Below are positions 61,615 to 64,000 of a stretch of 64,000 nt of DNA, piece after piece. Positions within the stretch are counted from its first letter, which is position 1. Each line of letters begins with the position of its first letter. A model generated the notes under the pieces. That model had not been told where the DNA came from. It worked only from the letters and a program-made list of their open reading frames with translations, and did no database searches. The DNA is taken from assembly GCA_964248365.1 (NCBI GenBank), contig CAXTYC010000001.1, positions 288,001-352,000 on the forward strand. Reading direction: 5' to 3'. The position numbers and the translations under genes were made by a program. This stretch comes from an uncultured Chroococcidiopsis sp. Its GTDB lineage: Bacteria > Cyanobacteriota > Cyanobacteriia > Cyanobacteriales > Chroococcidiopsidaceae.

Positions 61615-63306
61615 TCATCCTTTGAACACAGATTGCACAGTCGATTTGATTGAATCTCTTGCATCCTTGAGTGTCTCAGCGATGGGATGCTGTTCGTGCA
61701 AGAAAACCCTAGCACAGTTACGTCCTGGCAATCCTGAAATCGATCCGCCTGGATGCGTCCCTGCACCTGTAAGAAACAGATTCTCAATCGGGGTCTTATA
61801 ATTAGCCAATTCCGGTAAGGGGCGGAAGCACAGCATTTGATCTAATGTCATGTCGAGGTGGTAGTAGTTCCCCTTGTAAAACCCTAGACGTTGTGACAAC
61901 TCGGCTGGGCTTTCCACATGACGAGCGATAATTGAGTATTTGAGATTGGGTGAATAGTGTGCTAGTTTTTCGACTACGCGATCGGCAACTTTGTTTTTCA
62001 GTTCATCCGTCCAACCCGTACCCTTCAATCCTGTGCCTTCTGCACCTGCAATTTGATACGGTGCAAAAAACTCAATCCACGCTGTATGCTTGCCGGATGG
62101 AGCCATTGAAGGGTCAAGTCCGGTAGGCATAACCATATACATGGAGGGGTCTTCATCTGGAATTTTGCCGATTGAACAGTCGCTATGAGCCTTTTCCACA
62201 TGATTGACCGAATCTGCAATCAGGATAGAGCCAATCAGGTATTCATCCTTGTGTTCGTGGTGTTCAAACCGCAACGGCTCGTTTAAAGCCAAGTCAATTT
62301 TGAGGATGCTTTCATTATTATCAAAGATGCGGCGGTCTATTCTTTCGTGCAAATTTGGATCGGCACTATCTACATCGCTTTTTTCCACCATGTTCAGGAA
62401 TAAGCGCTTAGCATCGATACTTGAAATTACACCTTTGTTAGCGCGATATTCTTTACCACCAGCAACTCTCACACCGACCGCTTTACCATCATCAACTAAG
62501 ACTTGTTCAACGATCTTTTCGGTGAGAATTACGCCACCTAGACTTTGTACTGCTTTGACTAATGCTTCAGTTAGTGCGCCAGTCCCGCCGCGTGGTCGCG
62601 CCATACCTGGTTCATGACGCATAACCATCATCATCGCCCCGAAAGCCATTGCTTTTTGAGAGGGGGGAGAACTCAGTTCGGCTGAGAGTCGCGCCAAGGG
62701 TGCTTTGAGAAACTCGGAATCAAAATACTCGTTAATATTGTCTAGGGGACTGCCTAGAATTGTACGCAGAAAATCCAAAGTATCGTTAGCACCGCCCAAA
62801 AGTGAGAAAAGGTTTTTAAGACTACTTAGATCGTAGTTTCCCGCCATTCCTACCAAATCTTTGGGCGGGGCGTTGAAAAATGGAGTAACTGATCGCACGA
62901 AACGCTGCCAAAAGTCAACATATTCGGCATATTTTTTGGCATCGCGATCGCTATATCGGGCAATCTCTGCACAAGTCTTTTCGACTGATTTATGAGCTAG
63001 GAAATACTTACCATCGGGATGGGGACAAAAGACGACTGGATCGCACTGAAGGTACTCTAAGCCGTATTTATATAGTTCTAATTCCTCTATTACAGGTCCG
63101 AGGAAAATAAATAGGTGGTTGATAGCGCAGGGGTTAAATTTGAAACCAGGCGCTTGTTGGGGCATAAGTTCTTCTGTAGTGCAACCGCCACCAGGAAGCG
63201 ATCGCGCCTCCAGTAGCAAAACGCTGTATCCTGCTTTGAGTAGATAGGCTGCACACACTAGCGCATTGTGTCCTGCGCCAATAATAACGACATCGTACGC
63301 TTCCAT
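61615..63306 (-). CDS. crtO: Beta-carotene ketolase (CrtI-like FAD oxidoreductase)
   Basis: IIGAGHNALVCAAYL, PGFKFNPCAI, GAGTHPGGSISG as in cyanobacterial CrtO; could be a paralog. Confidence 0.75.
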   Translation of the reverse strand: MEAYDVVIIGAGHNALVCAAYLLKAGYSVLLLEARSLPGGGCTTEELMPQQAPGFKFNPCAINHLFIFLGPVIEELELYKYGLEYLQCDPVVFCPHPDGKYFLAHKSVEKTCAEIARYSDRDAKKYAEYVDFWQRFVRSVTPFFNAPPKDLVGMAGNYDLSSLKNLFSLLGGANDTLDFLRTILGSPLDNINEYFDSEFLKAPLARLSAELSSPPSQKAMAFGAMMMVMRHEPGMARPRGGTGALTEALVKAVQSLGGVILTEKIVEQVLVDDGKAVGVRVAGGKEYRANKGVISSIDAKRLFLNMVEKSDVDSADPNLHERIDRRIFDNNESILKIDLALNEPLRFEHHEHKDEYLIGSILIADSVNHVEKAHSDCSIGKIPDEDPSMYMVMPTGLDPSMAPSGKHTAWIEFFAPYQIAGAEGTGLKGTGWTDELKNKVADRVVEKLAHYSPNLKYSIIARHVESPAELSQRLGFYKGNYYHLDMTLDQMLCFRPLPELANYKTPIENLFLTGAGTHPGGSISGLPGRNCARVFLHEQHPIAETLKDARDSIKSTVQSVFKG

Positions 63307-63433
63307 GACTGAGGATTCGGGTGTATGATACTTTCTTCTTCCCCGATATTAGAAAGCGCTTAAGAATTCTAAATCTTTCGCCAGTTATAGAATCAGGACT
63401 CAGGTATTTGTGTAATTAAGCTTTTGTCCGCAC

Positions 63434-63859
63434 TTAATCAACGGGAGGATGCCAACCACACAATTACCCAACGCCTGCGAGCAACAATTATAACTGGATT
63501 ATTCATACGCAGACGCAAAGGCTGTAGCTCGACCGATAGCAGTTATACCTTCAACCCTTATGCCATCAAAACTCCAGGCAAAATGCTCAAACCATATTTG
63601 CAAGGGGATTAAACAGGGATAGAGTTTCTCCGGTCAATGGGTCTACAGCATCAGTTGCATCACCTTTGAATTCGTTGCACGAACGACAGGCTAAACAAAC
63701 ATCCTCCTCGGTTGTCTCTCCACCTTTAGAAATAGGCTGAATATGATCCTACGTCATAGGAATCCCGCTATTTGCTTCGCTAGTCAAGCAATAGCAGCAA
63801 CGCGCTTGGTCGCTATTTACAATTCGATTTCGTAAACTTTCAGGAATATATGCAGACAC
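63434..63859 (-). pseudogene. HNH endonuclease, disrupted (TAG at 63749-63751 plus frameshifts)
   Basis: RCCYCL...PMT*DHIQP..KGG...LACRSCN...LFNP / QIWFEHF...GRAT / MNN...WHPP in shifted frames. Confidence 0.82.
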
Positions 63860-63865
63860 TATGAA

Positions 63866-64000
63866 TCATGGAGTTAGCACACTATGTCCCCGCCAACGTA
63901 GTAATACTGCTGCTTGGGCTTTTCGTAGCATAAAACGGTCAGCCTCCTGCCGCAGTACTGCCAACTCTATGCATTGGGCTTCAGTAAGTAAACCGCTTGA
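63866..64000 (-). CDS. 3' end of a small protein upstream of the HNH gene (truncated by window edge)
   Basis: ...LRQEADRFMLRKAQAAVLLRWRGHSVLTP*. Confidence 0.6.
   Translation of the reverse strand, partial: SSGLLTEAQCIELAVLRQEADRFMLRKAQAAVLLRWRGHSVLTP

Noticed and set aside
22924..63751. Amber recoding suggested by three in-frame TAGs (RTX3, KGK, HNH)
   Set aside because: TAG ends many normal genes here (bvdR, glcE, glcF, RTX1/2), the expected residues differ, the HNH gene also has frameshifts, and no suppressor tRNA or pyl genes are visible.

Overview
Chromosomal window of a cyanobacterium: dense HIP1 octamers (GCGATCGC), heptameric STRR tracts, and psb32, ycf65, crtO, desC, bvdR and rnpB. 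Core genes include gcvT-gcvH-gcvP, rnc, rnpB, corA, surE, glcE-glcF, two histidine kinases and a Ser/Thr kinase with WD40 repeats. No CRISPR array, rRNA or tRNA was seen. The most interesting layer is mobile and repeat DNA. Two different stand-alone HUH/Y1 transposases each sit beside their own repeat family, and both families are dispersed across the window and often bracket small accessory genes. The IS200-like TnpA (1475-1957) goes with bipartite, covarying TTAG-hairpin REPs. The RAYT (51340-51915) goes with GGTGGGCA(T)GGGTGGCA arms that enclose both the RAYT and a neighbouring KGK gene. Other highlights: a TetR fused to a catalytically dead tyrosine-recombinase domain, divergent from desC with two palindromic operators; in-frame repeat insertions in core enzymes; three paralogous RTX proteins; and several pseudogenes (RTX, KGK, GST, GFA, HNH). 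All calls were made by eye from motifs; no database searches were run.
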